A model generated the notes under the pieces. The model had not been told where the DNA came from. It saw only the letters and a program-made list of their open reading frames with translations, and did not search any database. A stretch of 39,104 nt of DNA from a virus. Its lineage: Duplodnaviria > Caudoviricetes. Where the stretch lies: the IMG/VR virus record IMGVR_UViG_3300033146_002620, positions 1-39,104 of that record; one strand, given 5' to 3'. Shown in pieces: positions 19,044 to 28,661 of this stretch. Every line of letters starts with the position of its first letter. The first letter of the stretch is position 1. The position numbers and the translations under genes are program-made.

Positions 19044-19856
19044 TTATATTTCATCTAATGCATCAAGATTATTATTCCATTGTAAAAATGTTTGTTTTAA
19101 TCTTTCTTCTTTCACATTATATGCATTATAAATTTTATTAGTATCTGCTATTTTTTTCAATAATGACACAAAAACATAAAATTCTGCACTAATACCTTTT
19201 ACTGAATGTTTTTGTAAAAAATGATAAATCATCACCATACTTGTAATATCAATATCAATAGGGAAACTTTCTTGGTCTTTTGGTAAAGTATCAACATATT
19301 TTTTCCATGGTTTTAAATATGATTCATTTAAATCTATAACATTAAATATATCTGCACCATTATAATGCATTTTTCTTTCTAATGCTGATGATAAAAATTT
19401 ATATTCTTTTATAGTTAAATCAAATTTGAATGTTAATTTTTGTAATACATTTTTGTAATTTGCAATTAAAAAATTTGCAACAGTATATATATTAGTTCTT
19501 TCAACATTTGATAATTTTTTTAAATCTCCATTTTCTGTGTCATATTTTTTAAAGAAATTATCTATATTACTTTTTACTTTATTAATTTCTGCTGAATAAT
19601 CTTTATTAACATATTTTTCACCCAAAGTATTTATAATATTATCTGCTTCTTCTAATTCTAATATTGATGAATCTCTATTCAATAAGTGTATTACTTCAGA
19701 ATATTCTTCTATATTTACATCATCTTTAAAATCTAAATCAACTAATTTATCTAGTGGATCTTCAACATGACCAACTTCTTGTATATTTTCAAGTGAATCA
19801 TTTGTTTCAACTATATCAACAGCTTCAATAGTTTCGTTGTTTTTGTTTTCTACCAT
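19044..19856 (-). CDS. Hypothetical protein
   Basis: 270 aa ORF in a co-oriented run; no recognised motif. Confidence 0.7.
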   Translation of the reverse strand: MVENKNNETIEAVDIVETNDSLENIQEVGHVEDPLDKLVDLDFKDDVNIEEYSEVIHLLNRDSSILELEEADNIINTLGEKYVNKDYSAEINKVKSNIDNFFKKYDTENGDLKKLSNVERTNIYTVANFLIANYKNVLQKLTFKFDLTIKEYKFLSSALERKMHYNGADIFNVIDLNESYLKPWKKYVDTLPKDQESFPIDIDITSMVMIYHFLQKHSVKGISAEFYVFVSLLKKIADTNKIYNAYNVKEERLKQTFLQWNNNLDALDEI

Positions 19857-19888
19857 TTTATTTATTTATTTTTTTTTTTAATAATTTA

Positions 19889-20347
19889 TTATTCTTTATT
19901 TGCTTTTTGTTGTTCATATAATGCTTCAATTTCTTCTGCTCTAACAACATCTTCATAATTAAATTTTTCAATAATTCCTGGACTTGCTTTTATACTATTT
20001 GATTTTAAAGAAATTTTACTATTTTTTGTATTTACTGTTATTTTATCTATTTCTTGATCAAATAATATTTCATTCATATTTTCAACATCTATTTCTGGAT
20101 CATTATTTGTACTAAATGCATCATAATATTCTAAATTTATTTGGACTATTAAATCTGCTTGCATTTTTTCTACAAAATGGTCTGGTATTTTTGATATTTT
20201 GATTAATTGTTTTTTCTGTTTAGAATTAGATTGAAAAAAGAATCTAATATCTATTGGTAAAGCAAATTTTTCTAATCTATTATTGAAAAAATCTATAATA
20301 TCTGAGTGCTCTTCCACGTTTAATTCTTTAAATTGACTATTTATCAT
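19889..20347 (-). CDS. Hypothetical protein, possibly a degenerate phage metallopeptidase-like fold
   Basis: DLIVQINLEYYDAF...ILFDQEIDKI resembles D..I.I....W..L....L.DHEL.HI, but the histidines are absent. Confidence 0.45.
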   Translation of the reverse strand: MINSQFKELNVEEHSDIIDFFNNRLEKFALPIDIRFFFQSNSKQKKQLIKISKIPDHFVEKMQADLIVQINLEYYDAFSTNNDPEIDVENMNEILFDQEIDKITVNTKNSKISLKSNSIKASPGIIEKFNYEDVVRAEEIEALYEQQKANKE

Positions 20348-20395
20348 AATTTATGTGTTTTTTTTTTATTTATATTAAAAAATAATTTTTAGTTG

Positions 20396-20827
20396 TTAAA
20401 ATATTAAAAAATATCCAAAAATAATTATTAATAAGCTAAATATTATTATAATAATATTTTTAGCAATTTTACCAATATTCAAAAATTTATATTCCATGAC
20501 AATTAATACTTTATTACTTTGAATAACATCTGCTTTTGATAATGCTACAAGTTCCATCAACCCAATTTCTTTAAGTTGATTATTCATTTCTTTTATAAAT
20601 TTTTTAACTTCTTCATCTATATATAAATGACCATATTTTTGTATATTTTTTGTAGTTTTTTCTGGAAAATTTAAAACAGTATATAACCTATGAATTTTAT
20701 CTATTTTTATTTCTTGTATTTTATAATTAAATTTAGTTTTATTTTCTATAAAATAATTATTTATTTTAACTCTATTTTCTTTTAATGATTTGATATATGA
20801 AAACATTAATTTATACTTATTAAACAT
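20396..20827 (-). CDS. Hypothetical protein with a C-terminal membrane anchor
   Basis: Ends in NIIIIIFSLLIIIFGYFLIF. Confidence 0.65.
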   Translation of the reverse strand: MFNKYKLMFSYIKSLKENRVKINNYFIENKTKFNYKIQEIKIDKIHRLYTVLNFPEKTTKNIQKYGHLYIDEEVKKFIKEMNNQLKEIGLMELVALSKADVIQSNKVLIVMEYKFLNIGKIAKNIIIIIFSLLIIIFGYFLIF

Positions 20828-20894
20828 AATAATATATTATTTTTTTATATTATAGTCATTAATAAAAATATGTTTATTTTTTTATTCTAAGTAT

Positions 20895-23432
20895 TTATTT
20901 TGGTTCACCGTTTACATTTTCTGCTTCCATATCATCGGTAGTTGGGGTATTTTTATTTAATACCATTAATCCAACATTATCTGAGATAGATTCTATTGCT
21001 GTTACTACTCTATTTTCAAATGGATTATAATTATAAACTTCTTTATCATTTGATGATTTTGTCGAATTGTTTATACTTGTTTCATTCTTATCACCTGATT
21101 TATTATTAAATATATCATCTAATATATTTCTTATAAAACCACCATCATCTACTACTTCTTTTAATGTTTTAGTTTTATCATCTATTGTTTCTAATACATC
21201 TTCTAGTCCATCACTATCTACAAGAGAAATTAATTGAAATCCAGCACCCAATTTCATTAAGCTATCTATTTTTCTATCGTTTAATTTATCAAGAATGATT
21301 ATTAAATTATCAATAGATTTAGCAACTAAATCTATTGGCATAATATTTTCCCAATCAATATTAGATATGTCCTCAAATATTTTTACTATGGTTGATAATG
21401 TTGTTACCTTATCACTTGATATATCATTTAATATTGATATAATACCATCTGACCAACCTGATGTTGGAGCATCTGCAAATAATCCTTTTTTTCCTTTGAA
21501 AATACTTCCTATATCAATTATACCTGCACTTAGAGTAGTCATCAATTTAACTGCTTCTACACCACCATCATCTAAATCTATATCTGCATCAACTAATGAT
21601 TTTATTGCATTAGCAAAAGATAGTACTGACCCACCAACACCATCTGCCCATTTTTTATCTGGGTGATTTGTTTTCCAATCAATATCTTTTGCGTTATTAA
21701 ATTGTCTACCAGCTTTAATTATTGCATCTGTTGTTGTTTCTATAAATAATCCAAAATCAACATTATCTGAAAACCACCCACCAGAATTTGATTGTGCTTC
21801 TAATGCCTTAGCAAAAGCTACAATTGAATCACCAACACCACCTGCCCATTTTTTACTTGGATATGTCCCATTATCCCCCCAATCAACATCATTATCTGAA
21901 AATTGCTGACCAGCATATACAATTGCTTTTGAAATATTTTTAATAAATGTTAATAAATCTGGACCACCAGTAAACATACTAATCAAACTCACACCTGTAT
22001 TTATTGCTAATGCCATTGCAAAAGCTACAATTGAGCCACCAACACCACCAGCCCATTCTATTCCTGGATATTTATTATAATCTCCTTTTTTTAATATGTG
22101 TGATGAATCCACTATTGCTTGTGCTATTAAAACCATTGCAGCACCACCTAATGCTATAACACCTAAACCTAAACCAAATGATGCAGCAACAAATAAACCT
22201 ATTGCTAACATTGGTACACTAAATGATAATAATGCTAAACCTACACCAGCAGCCCAACTAAATGATGGATATTTTTCATATGTCCCATATGGTAATAATA
22301 ATGATGCTCCAACTAATGTAGCTACAACAATTGGTATTGCAATCATTGCTAATGCTAATGCTGGTAAACCAACACCGGCTTGTGCTAATAATCCTAAAAT
22401 TATCATAGGAATTGAAAAAGCAACAATAGATAACCCAACTCCACTAGCCCAAGCAATATCCGGATATTTTTCATATTTCCCATAATTTAATATATGTGAT
22501 GCTACTGTTATTGCAAGGGCAATAATTACCAAAGATAATCCACCCATTAATATTTCTTTAACACCAGATCCCTTTAATGATTTAACAATCATACTAAAAC
22601 TAAATACCATAGGTATCATAGCTGCACTAACCATAATAGCACTTAATGCTTTATTTGGATCAATTATTTGAATATCTGTTAGTATATTAGCTGAATATAC
22701 TATTGCATATGAAATCATTGGCATTATAAATGGGACTAATCCAGCCATTGCTATTTGTTTTAATGATAACTTACCTACTGCTTTTAATATTAGATATGTT
22801 GCTAAACCTAATCCAGCACCAATACCAACAATAGTCAATAGTTCTTGTACACCTAATATTGGTGTATTTTTTAATATTAACCCAGATATTAATATTGCCC
22901 CAGATATTAATAACATTATCGCAGAAGTTGTAGCTGCTCTTTTGAGATCTATTGGTTTTCCTTTATCATCTGTTATAGATGCAACTTGTGAAAAAGCATA
23001 TGCAGAAAACATAATACCCATACCTAATGCAACAACAGATGTAAAATCAACATCACCAACTAATTTAAATGCCATACCAATAGCTAAGACACCACCAGCA
23101 ATTAAAATAATGGTATTTACTGCACCTTTTATTTTTTCTTTATTATTAGTATCATCTATTTCACCAAACATACCAGTTTCGTTTGAACTTTTTATGCCAT
23201 CAATTGCTTTTAATGTTTTTTCCGAATTAGTATTAAGTTGTTTAACATCTTTTTTAATTTCTTTAATATCTGTAGCAATAGTGTTTAATACATCACCATC
23301 AAAAGAATCGACTAACTTATTTAAAATTTCACTTGGTGAATTTTTTTGTTGTTCTTGTAAAATATCAACCAAATCTTCTAAACTTGATGTAAAATCACTT
23401 AATTTATCTATAAAATCTTGCTCTCTAGCCAT
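20895..23432 (-). CDS. Tape-measure-like protein with a long hydrophobic repeat region
   Basis: 845 aa, A/G/I/L-rich and helical, with six P...W(A/S).G(V/I)G.S...F repeats and charged helical ends. Confidence 0.6.
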   Translation of the reverse strand: MAREQDFIDKLSDFTSSLEDLVDILQEQQKNSPSEILNKLVDSFDGDVLNTIATDIKEIKKDVKQLNTNSEKTLKAIDGIKSSNETGMFGEIDDTNNKEKIKGAVNTIILIAGGVLAIGMAFKLVGDVDFTSVVALGMGIMFSAYAFSQVASITDDKGKPIDLKRAATTSAIMLLISGAILISGLILKNTPILGVQELLTIVGIGAGLGLATYLILKAVGKLSLKQIAMAGLVPFIMPMISYAIVYSANILTDIQIIDPNKALSAIMVSAAMIPMVFSFSMIVKSLKGSGVKEILMGGLSLVIIALAITVASHILNYGKYEKYPDIAWASGVGLSIVAFSIPMIILGLLAQAGVGLPALALAMIAIPIVVATLVGASLLLPYGTYEKYPSFSWAAGVGLALLSFSVPMLAIGLFVAASFGLGLGVIALGGAAMVLIAQAIVDSSHILKKGDYNKYPGIEWAGGVGGSIVAFAMALAINTGVSLISMFTGGPDLLTFIKNISKAIVYAGQQFSDNDVDWGDNGTYPSKKWAGGVGDSIVAFAKALEAQSNSGGWFSDNVDFGLFIETTTDAIIKAGRQFNNAKDIDWKTNHPDKKWADGVGGSVLSFANAIKSLVDADIDLDDGGVEAVKLMTTLSAGIIDIGSIFKGKKGLFADAPTSGWSDGIISILNDISSDKVTTLSTIVKIFEDISNIDWENIMPIDLVAKSIDNLIIILDKLNDRKIDSLMKLGAGFQLISLVDSDGLEDVLETIDDKTKTLKEVVDDGGFIRNILDDIFNNKSGDKNETSINNSTKSSNDKEVYNYNPFENRVVTAIESISDNVGLMVLNKNTPTTDDMEAENVNGEPK

Positions 23433-23440
23433 TTATTTTG

Positions 23441-23800
23441 TTAATTTTTATCTATTTTTTGTACCATCTTTTTTTGATTATTGATTCTCTCAACATCAGT
23501 ATCAAATTTTTCTAAATCTTTTTTAAGTTTTTCAATATTATCTTGTACGTGTTTTTTATCATCATCGTTATCAATATTTGATATTTGGTCAGTTAACATA
23601 TTTATTTTTGTTTTGATTAATTCTTTCTTTTTATTTATTGTATCTACTTGTTTATTAATATTATCTGATATATTTTCTTTTTGTTTATCTATATCATTAT
23701 TTTTATCATGTTCTTCTACATTATTAGAGATTTCTTTTTCTACTGCATCAATTTTATCATTTTCTATTAAAAAATCTGTATATTTTTTAAGTGTTTTCAT
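23441..23800 (-). CDS. Coiled-coil putative internal head protein (capsid-targeting-like leader)
   Basis: MKTLKKYTDFLIEN leader; TTTATATATA at 23821-23830 on the - strand. Confidence 0.6.
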   Translation of the reverse strand: MKTLKKYTDFLIENDKIDAVEKEISNNVEEHDKNNDIDKQKENISDNINKQVDTINKKKELIKTKINMLTDQISNIDNDDDKKHVQDNIEKLKKDLEKFDTDVERINNQKKMVQKIDKN

Positions 23801-23870
23801 ATTAATGTGTTATTTATTTATATATATAAAATACTAAGTATAGAAAAGAAAAAAAATAATTATTTTTTTC

Positions 23871-23901
23871 TTGTATATGTAAAAAAAAAGATGTATCTTT
23901 G
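23871..23901 (+). promoter_or_regulatory. Bacteroidota sigmaA-type promoter (TTG-N20-TATCTTTG)
   Basis: TTG at 23871 and TAnnTTTG at 23894-23901, 26 nt before the ATG at 23928. Confidence 0.65.
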
Positions 23902-23927
23902 CATTATAATAATTAAATAATACAGCT

Positions 23928-24341
23928 ATGGATTTAAATAATATAAATATTGAGAGTTTAAATGTTGATGATGCTTTAAAATCACAAACAAAAAAGCTAT
24001 TTAAATTAGCAGAATTGTTAGAAAAAACATCCGATGCTATTAATAATAATGATTTTGAATTAGCTAATACATTATCTACAATGTATGATTTTGAAAAAAA
24101 ATATGATAAAATTTTAGCTAATTTTATCTTACCATATAATGAAATATTAGAATTATTCTATTATTTTAATAGTGAAGAAGATTATAATAAAGTATTATAT
24201 TTATCTTGGTTATTAAATACATATTATAATAAAAATATTATTTGTGATATGGAAGATTGTGTTGAAATTGAAGATTATGAAAATGCTGCAGTATTAAGAG
24301 ATATTCAATCAATTACTAATATGCCACAAAATAAAGAATAA
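23928..24341 (+). CDS. Protein with a C-terminal UVR (UvrB/UvrC) motif
   Basis: MEDCVEIEDYENAAVLRD, with a weaker N-terminal copy DAINNNDFELA. Confidence 0.65.
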   Translation: MDLNNINIESLNVDDALKSQTKKLFKLAELLEKTSDAINNNDFELANTLSTMYDFEKKYDKILANFILPYNEILELFYYFNSEEDYNKVLYLSWLLNTYYNKNIICDMEDCVEIEDYENAAVLRDIQSITNMPQNKE

Positions 24342-24366
24342 TTTGTTTTAGTATAATTTTTTTTTT

Positions 24367-24397
24367 AAAGGGAAGTATATTTATTATACTTTCCTTT
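24367..24397. terminator. Bidirectional terminator between convergent genes
   Basis: AAAGGGAAGTATA-TTTAT-TATACTTTCCTTT. Confidence 0.7.
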
Positions 24398-24753
24398 TAT
24401 TGTTTATCGTCTTGTGTATTATTATCTTGTGTATTGTTATTATCTGTTGACATAATATCAGACTGAGCTTGTGGTTGTTTATTTTTAACTACTGGTTTTT
24501 GTTCTGGTTTTTGTTCTTGTTTAGTATCAATATGCTTTTGTATAGATTTAGTATCTTGTGTTTGTTTATCAACTGTATTTTGTGGTAGTTGTTTAGTATC
24601 TTGAGATTGTTTATTACTACTTTTCACTATTATATTAGATGAATATAATAACATATTAATTATATCTTTATTTGTTATTTTTAAATCTCCAACCATTGCT
24701 ACATCTTCATTTACTATATTTACCCATTCATTATATTTTTTCATTAAAATCAT
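24397..24753 (-). CDS. Q/T/D-rich low-complexity putative internal head protein
   Basis: MKKYNEWVNIVNED leader; QDTKQ, EQKP and NNTQD repeats. Confidence 0.55.
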   Translation of the reverse strand: MILMKKYNEWVNIVNEDVAMVGDLKITNKDIINMLLYSSNIIVKSSNKQSQDTKQLPQNTVDKQTQDTKSIQKHIDTKQEQKPEQKPVVKNKQPQAQSDIMSTDNNNTQDNNTQDDKQ

Positions 24754-24754
24754 A

Positions 24755-27382
24755 TTATTTTTTTATAAGTATATCTATTTTATCTTTTATGTTATCAATT
24801 ATTTTCACAATTTGTGCATTTTTATTTTTAACTATAATATTATTCCACGCTTTAATATCACTTATACCATACACCTTTGATATTTTTAAATGGTTTTTAT
24901 AATCTGTTACAGTATCAAAATTGTCTGATAAACTTTCAAATTGATAATTATTTGATTTATCTTTTAATATTTTTACAATATTTAATTTTTTATTATCATA
25001 TGTTACCGTAAATTTATTTGCATCAAATGTGTTTTCATTATTTCGAATTAATATATTATTTTTTACTGATTGATTATTTGCTAATGTTGTAAATTGTTTT
25101 TTAAATACTTCTTTATCTCCTGTTTTAATGTTATCTATATCACTATATTGTTTAATATGTACACTACTTATAAGTGATTTTATTTCATTAATATCTTCTA
25201 ATTCTTTTTTAGAATTAGAATCTGGAAATTTTTTATTTAATGCAGTTAATAATTCATCGTATATTATATACCCATAAATACTATATGTTATAAAATTCGA
25301 TATACTATGGCTTTTTACAACAAGCCCAAGCTTAGAGTTATCGTTATCAAATAATAATAACATAAGTTTATCATTGTCATTAATATCTATACCATCTGAT
25401 AATCTAAGATTTTTTAAGGTTTTATCATCTGACTCGGAATCTTCTATTATCCCCCCATTATTGTGTAAAATTGTTTTAGCGTTTGCACCATATTCAGAAA
25501 AATTTTCCCTCATAGCAACATCTGAATTGATGAGTCCAATTGGATCTAGTGTTTTTGGCCAAGTACCATTAGTTGAAAAACACCACATATATTCTGCTTT
25601 AACCGTACTTAAAATTTTCAACCATTTACTTTTAATTTTATCTTGATCTGGGTGTGTTGTACTAAAATTAACCCTAGAATATATTTCATGTTTAGCTGAT
25701 TTATAATTTTCTTTATTATATAACATTTCAGCTTTCAGTGCAAATACTTTTAGTCTTTCATTATTTACACTATCTATTGCTAATTTAATGAATTTGGTTT
25801 TTTCTTCATCATTTAAACCATTTAATGCATCTCGTCCTTTATTTTCACAAATATAATTATCTTTATCAGAACTACTACCATCACCTTGAGTTGTTGTGGT
25901 CTTTGTAGTTGTTGTTGTAGTTTTTTTCTTTTTGAAAAACTCTTTAATTTCTGGCTTATCACTAATATTTATTTTTATATTGATGTTTAATGATTCGTCT
26001 TTTGATCGATTATTAAAATATAATATAATTTCATCTTCTTGTTCTTTCGAAAAGGATTTTATTAACTCATTAGTTTTTGTCGTAATTAATTCAGTATTAT
26101 CATCTGATTTATTATTAGTTGTAGCTAATGCAGTATTTGTATTATTAGTTGTAGCTAATGCAGTATTTGTATTATTAGTTGTAGCTAATGCTGTCTCTTC
26201 AAAAACCATATTATATTTCTCAAAAACTTTCATATAATTCTCTATAATATTTCTCATTTCTAATACAATATTTTGTGAATTTAATAATTCTCTAACTTCT
26301 TGTAAATTCAATAGATTTTCGATAACACTATTGTGTTGTACCTTATCTGGGTGAAGTTTAATAGATATATTATGATATAATTTTTTATATTTATTTTTCA
26401 TATCTTGTAATTCATTACCATCTTTATCAGTTGTTACTTCTTTATACCAATTTGATACCTTAGAAAATTCATCTTGAAGTATTTTTATCAATGATGTATT
26501 ATATTTATTAGAAAAATCTTCATATTCTTTGATTTTTGTTTTAAATTCTTCATCACTCAAATTATTCGTAGCTTTATCTTTTATTATTGCTTTTAATTTA
26601 TTTAATAAACCATCAACTGTTTTTTTATTTTCATCAGAATTTAAAATATTTTTTTCATTCTCTAAGTTTTTTATTATAGTTGGTATTGCATTAATATCTG
26701 TTTCTGATAATTCAGATGGGTTTATTTTATCAACAATAGTTTTTATAGACATTATTTGATTTTTTATATTATCATCAATATTATTTGATTTTTTAAACAT
26801 AATAATTTCTGTTTTTGGTTCTTTTGTCGTATTCTTTTGCTCAATTGGTTCATTTTTATTGATTTTTTCCAATTTCTTTAATTCATTAACTCTTACTAAA
26901 TCATAAATTTCTTTTAAATCATCTTGTTGTTGATTATTTAAGTTTAATGTTTTTATTGCAATTCCAGGTAAATATCTACCATGTGATATAGACATAGAAA
27001 CTATAATAGATATTACACTTGATACTATATTCGATATAGTTGTTTTTTCTTCTTCTTGAACTGTTGTAGTGGTTGTTGTGGATGTTGTTGTTTTAGATTT
27101 ATTTGAAACAGAAATAAGACTACTTGCATATTGCAATGCTTTTTCTAATTCAGATTTAAATTCATCACCATATTTTGATAATTTTGCATATTCAACATAT
27201 TTAGCAGCAAAACTAAAAGTCTTATTTATTATTCTACCAACTAATGATGTACTAAATCCAGTATTATTACTAAAATCTAAACTTTCATTTATTGGAAATC
27301 CATCAAATAAAACAGTTTCTCTAATTTTTTGATTTTCAAATAACTTTTTAAATTCTGTTTGACTAACTATATTTTTCAACAT
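24755..27382 (-). CDS. Large putative virion protein with a J-domain-like HPD motif and Thr-rich linkers
   Basis: 875 aa; leader MLKNIVSQTEFKKLFEN, motif KNKYKKLYHNISIKLHPDK, and poly-Thr tracts. Confidence 0.6.
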   Translation of the reverse strand: MLKNIVSQTEFKKLFENQKIRETVLFDGFPINESLDFSNNTGFSTSLVGRIINKTFSFAAKYVEYAKLSKYGDEFKSELEKALQYASSLISVSNKSKTTTSTTTTTTVQEEEKTTISNIVSSVISIIVSMSISHGRYLPGIAIKTLNLNNQQQDDLKEIYDLVRVNELKKLEKINKNEPIEQKNTTKEPKTEIIMFKKSNNIDDNIKNQIMSIKTIVDKINPSELSETDINAIPTIIKNLENEKNILNSDENKKTVDGLLNKLKAIIKDKATNNLSDEEFKTKIKEYEDFSNKYNTSLIKILQDEFSKVSNWYKEVTTDKDGNELQDMKNKYKKLYHNISIKLHPDKVQHNSVIENLLNLQEVRELLNSQNIVLEMRNIIENYMKVFEKYNMVFEETALATTNNTNTALATTNNTNTALATTNNKSDDNTELITTKTNELIKSFSKEQEDEIILYFNNRSKDESLNINIKINISDKPEIKEFFKKKKTTTTTTKTTTTQGDGSSSDKDNYICENKGRDALNGLNDEEKTKFIKLAIDSVNNERLKVFALKAEMLYNKENYKSAKHEIYSRVNFSTTHPDQDKIKSKWLKILSTVKAEYMWCFSTNGTWPKTLDPIGLINSDVAMRENFSEYGANAKTILHNNGGIIEDSESDDKTLKNLRLSDGIDINDNDKLMLLLFDNDNSKLGLVVKSHSISNFITYSIYGYIIYDELLTALNKKFPDSNSKKELEDINEIKSLISSVHIKQYSDIDNIKTGDKEVFKKQFTTLANNQSVKNNILIRNNENTFDANKFTVTYDNKKLNIVKILKDKSNNYQFESLSDNFDTVTDYKNHLKISKVYGISDIKAWNNIIVKNKNAQIVKIIDNIKDKIDILIKK
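26111..26194. repeat. 30-bp tandem repeat (about 2.8 copies) encoding TALATTNNTN
   Basis: ATTATTAGTTGTAGCTAATGCAGTATTTGT twice plus a partial third copy. Confidence 0.92.
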
Positions 27383-27389
27383 TATATAT

Positions 27390-27821
27390 TTATTTTTTAA
27401 ATTTAAGACTTAATCCTTGATATAAATAATCATTGTTATTTAATTGGAATCCATCTTTTTTAAATATTAATATAGATTTACTATCACTAATACTATCGTA
27501 AATTTTTACATTATTATATATTAAAATAAAATTATCATTTTTTAATTGAATTTCTGTATAAATATCTTTATCTGATTTTATCTCATTGGCTAATTTTTCC
27601 TTAATAATATCTAATTTTTTTGTTTTAGTTTTTTTATCTGTTTTTCCTTTATTGTTTTTTAAATCTTTTTTATCTGATTTTTTCTTAGTATTATTTTTTA
27701 ATACTTTTTTAGATTTTTTGTCAGTATTTATTTTATCTAATGGTTTACTAGAACTAATATCACTTATTAATTCACCATCACCATCATAACTTACTACTGC
27801 ATTTAATTTTTCATTATCCAT
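27390..27821 (-). CDS. Lys-rich hypothetical late protein
   Basis: 143 aa; TTAATATATA at 27840-27849 on the - strand. Confidence 0.65.
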   Translation of the reverse strand: MDNEKLNAVVSYDGDGELISDISSSKPLDKINTDKKSKKVLKNNTKKKSDKKDLKNNKGKTDKKTKTKKLDIIKEKLANEIKSDKDIYTEIQLKNDNFILIYNNVKIYDSISDSKSILIFKKDGFQLNNNDYLYQGLSLKFKK

Positions 27822-27839
27822 TATATATTATTTTTTATT

Positions 27840-27896
27840 TATATATTAAAAATAAATCAATCAAATCATATTTTTAATAAAAAAAATTAATATATA
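27840..27896. promoter_or_regulatory. Divergent pair of candidate late promoters TTAATATATA
   Basis: 27840-27849 on - and 27887-27896 on +, each upstream of a start codon. Confidence 0.5.
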
Positions 27897-27900
27897 CTAT

Positions 27901-28659
27901 ATGAAAAATGTATTAAAATTTAATAAATTCAATTTTTTAAAAGAATCATATTCTGATTTCAATCAATTTAGTCAGGGTGGAGCTAGTCCACATTCATTGG
28001 GTCCAGGATATGGGTTTGCAGTTGACCCATCATTATCTATATATGGTAATCAAGATTCACCATATACAGACCCATATTCAAGAACACCTATGTTTGTTAA
28101 TGCACTACAAGGAGTTTTAAAGAATTTAAATGGTAGTTCATTAGGAACATATGGTGGAATAAAATATGACCAGTTCCTTGAAGATGTTGATTCATACACA
28201 AATTTAAAAATTTTAAGAATAAATAAAAATGCTAACCTTAATATTGATATATTTATTTCATTTGACTTTAATGGTGAAGAATATTTTGGTGTTTATAAAA
28301 ATTTCAATTGGATAGAAAAAAGTAAATTAACATCAGAGTTATATACTGATTCTGAATATAGATATATAGATAATACATATAAATTAAAATTAGATAATTA
28401 TTTTTTTCAAATATTATCTAATTGGTTCAAACCAAGTAATATAAAATATATAAATTTAAAAAATGATTTGTTAGTATTAGATAATATGGGTAATCGTTTT
28501 TTATTACCAGAAAAAAGTATAATAGAAGTAGTTGATGCTAATGTTGATAAAGATAGTAATTCATATATAAAAATATTATATAAAAATAAAACATATGTTA
28601 TAAATAAAACAGACTATTATTACTTTAATTACTGGTTTGATGAATATACTGATAATTAA
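27901..28659 (+). CDS. Putative head-associated protein (capsid-targeting-like leader)
   Basis: MKNVLKFNKFNFLKES leader; 252 aa. Confidence 0.6.
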   Translation: MKNVLKFNKFNFLKESYSDFNQFSQGGASPHSLGPGYGFAVDPSLSIYGNQDSPYTDPYSRTPMFVNALQGVLKNLNGSSLGTYGGIKYDQFLEDVDSYTNLKILRINKNANLNIDIFISFDFNGEEYFGVYKNFNWIEKSKLTSELYTDSEYRYIDNTYKLKLDNYFFQILSNWFKPSNIKYINLKNDLLVLDNMGNRFLLPEKSIIEVVDANVDKDSNSYIKILYKNKTYVINKTDYYYFNYWFDEYTDN

Positions 28660-28661
28660 TA

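Noticed and set aside
21295-23484. Long + strand ORFs (21295-21666, 22096-22485, 22942-23484) and similar antisense ORFs elsewhere
   Set aside because: These are shadows of real genes on the opposite strand; they have no motifs and mirror the codon bias.
23848-23870. Near-palindrome G-A8-TAATTA-T7-C as an operator
   Set aside because: It is almost pure A/T runs, which is expected by chance at this composition.
26111-26194. 30-bp direct repeats as a mini CRISPR array
   Set aside because: They are head-to-tail with no spacers and in frame within a CDS.
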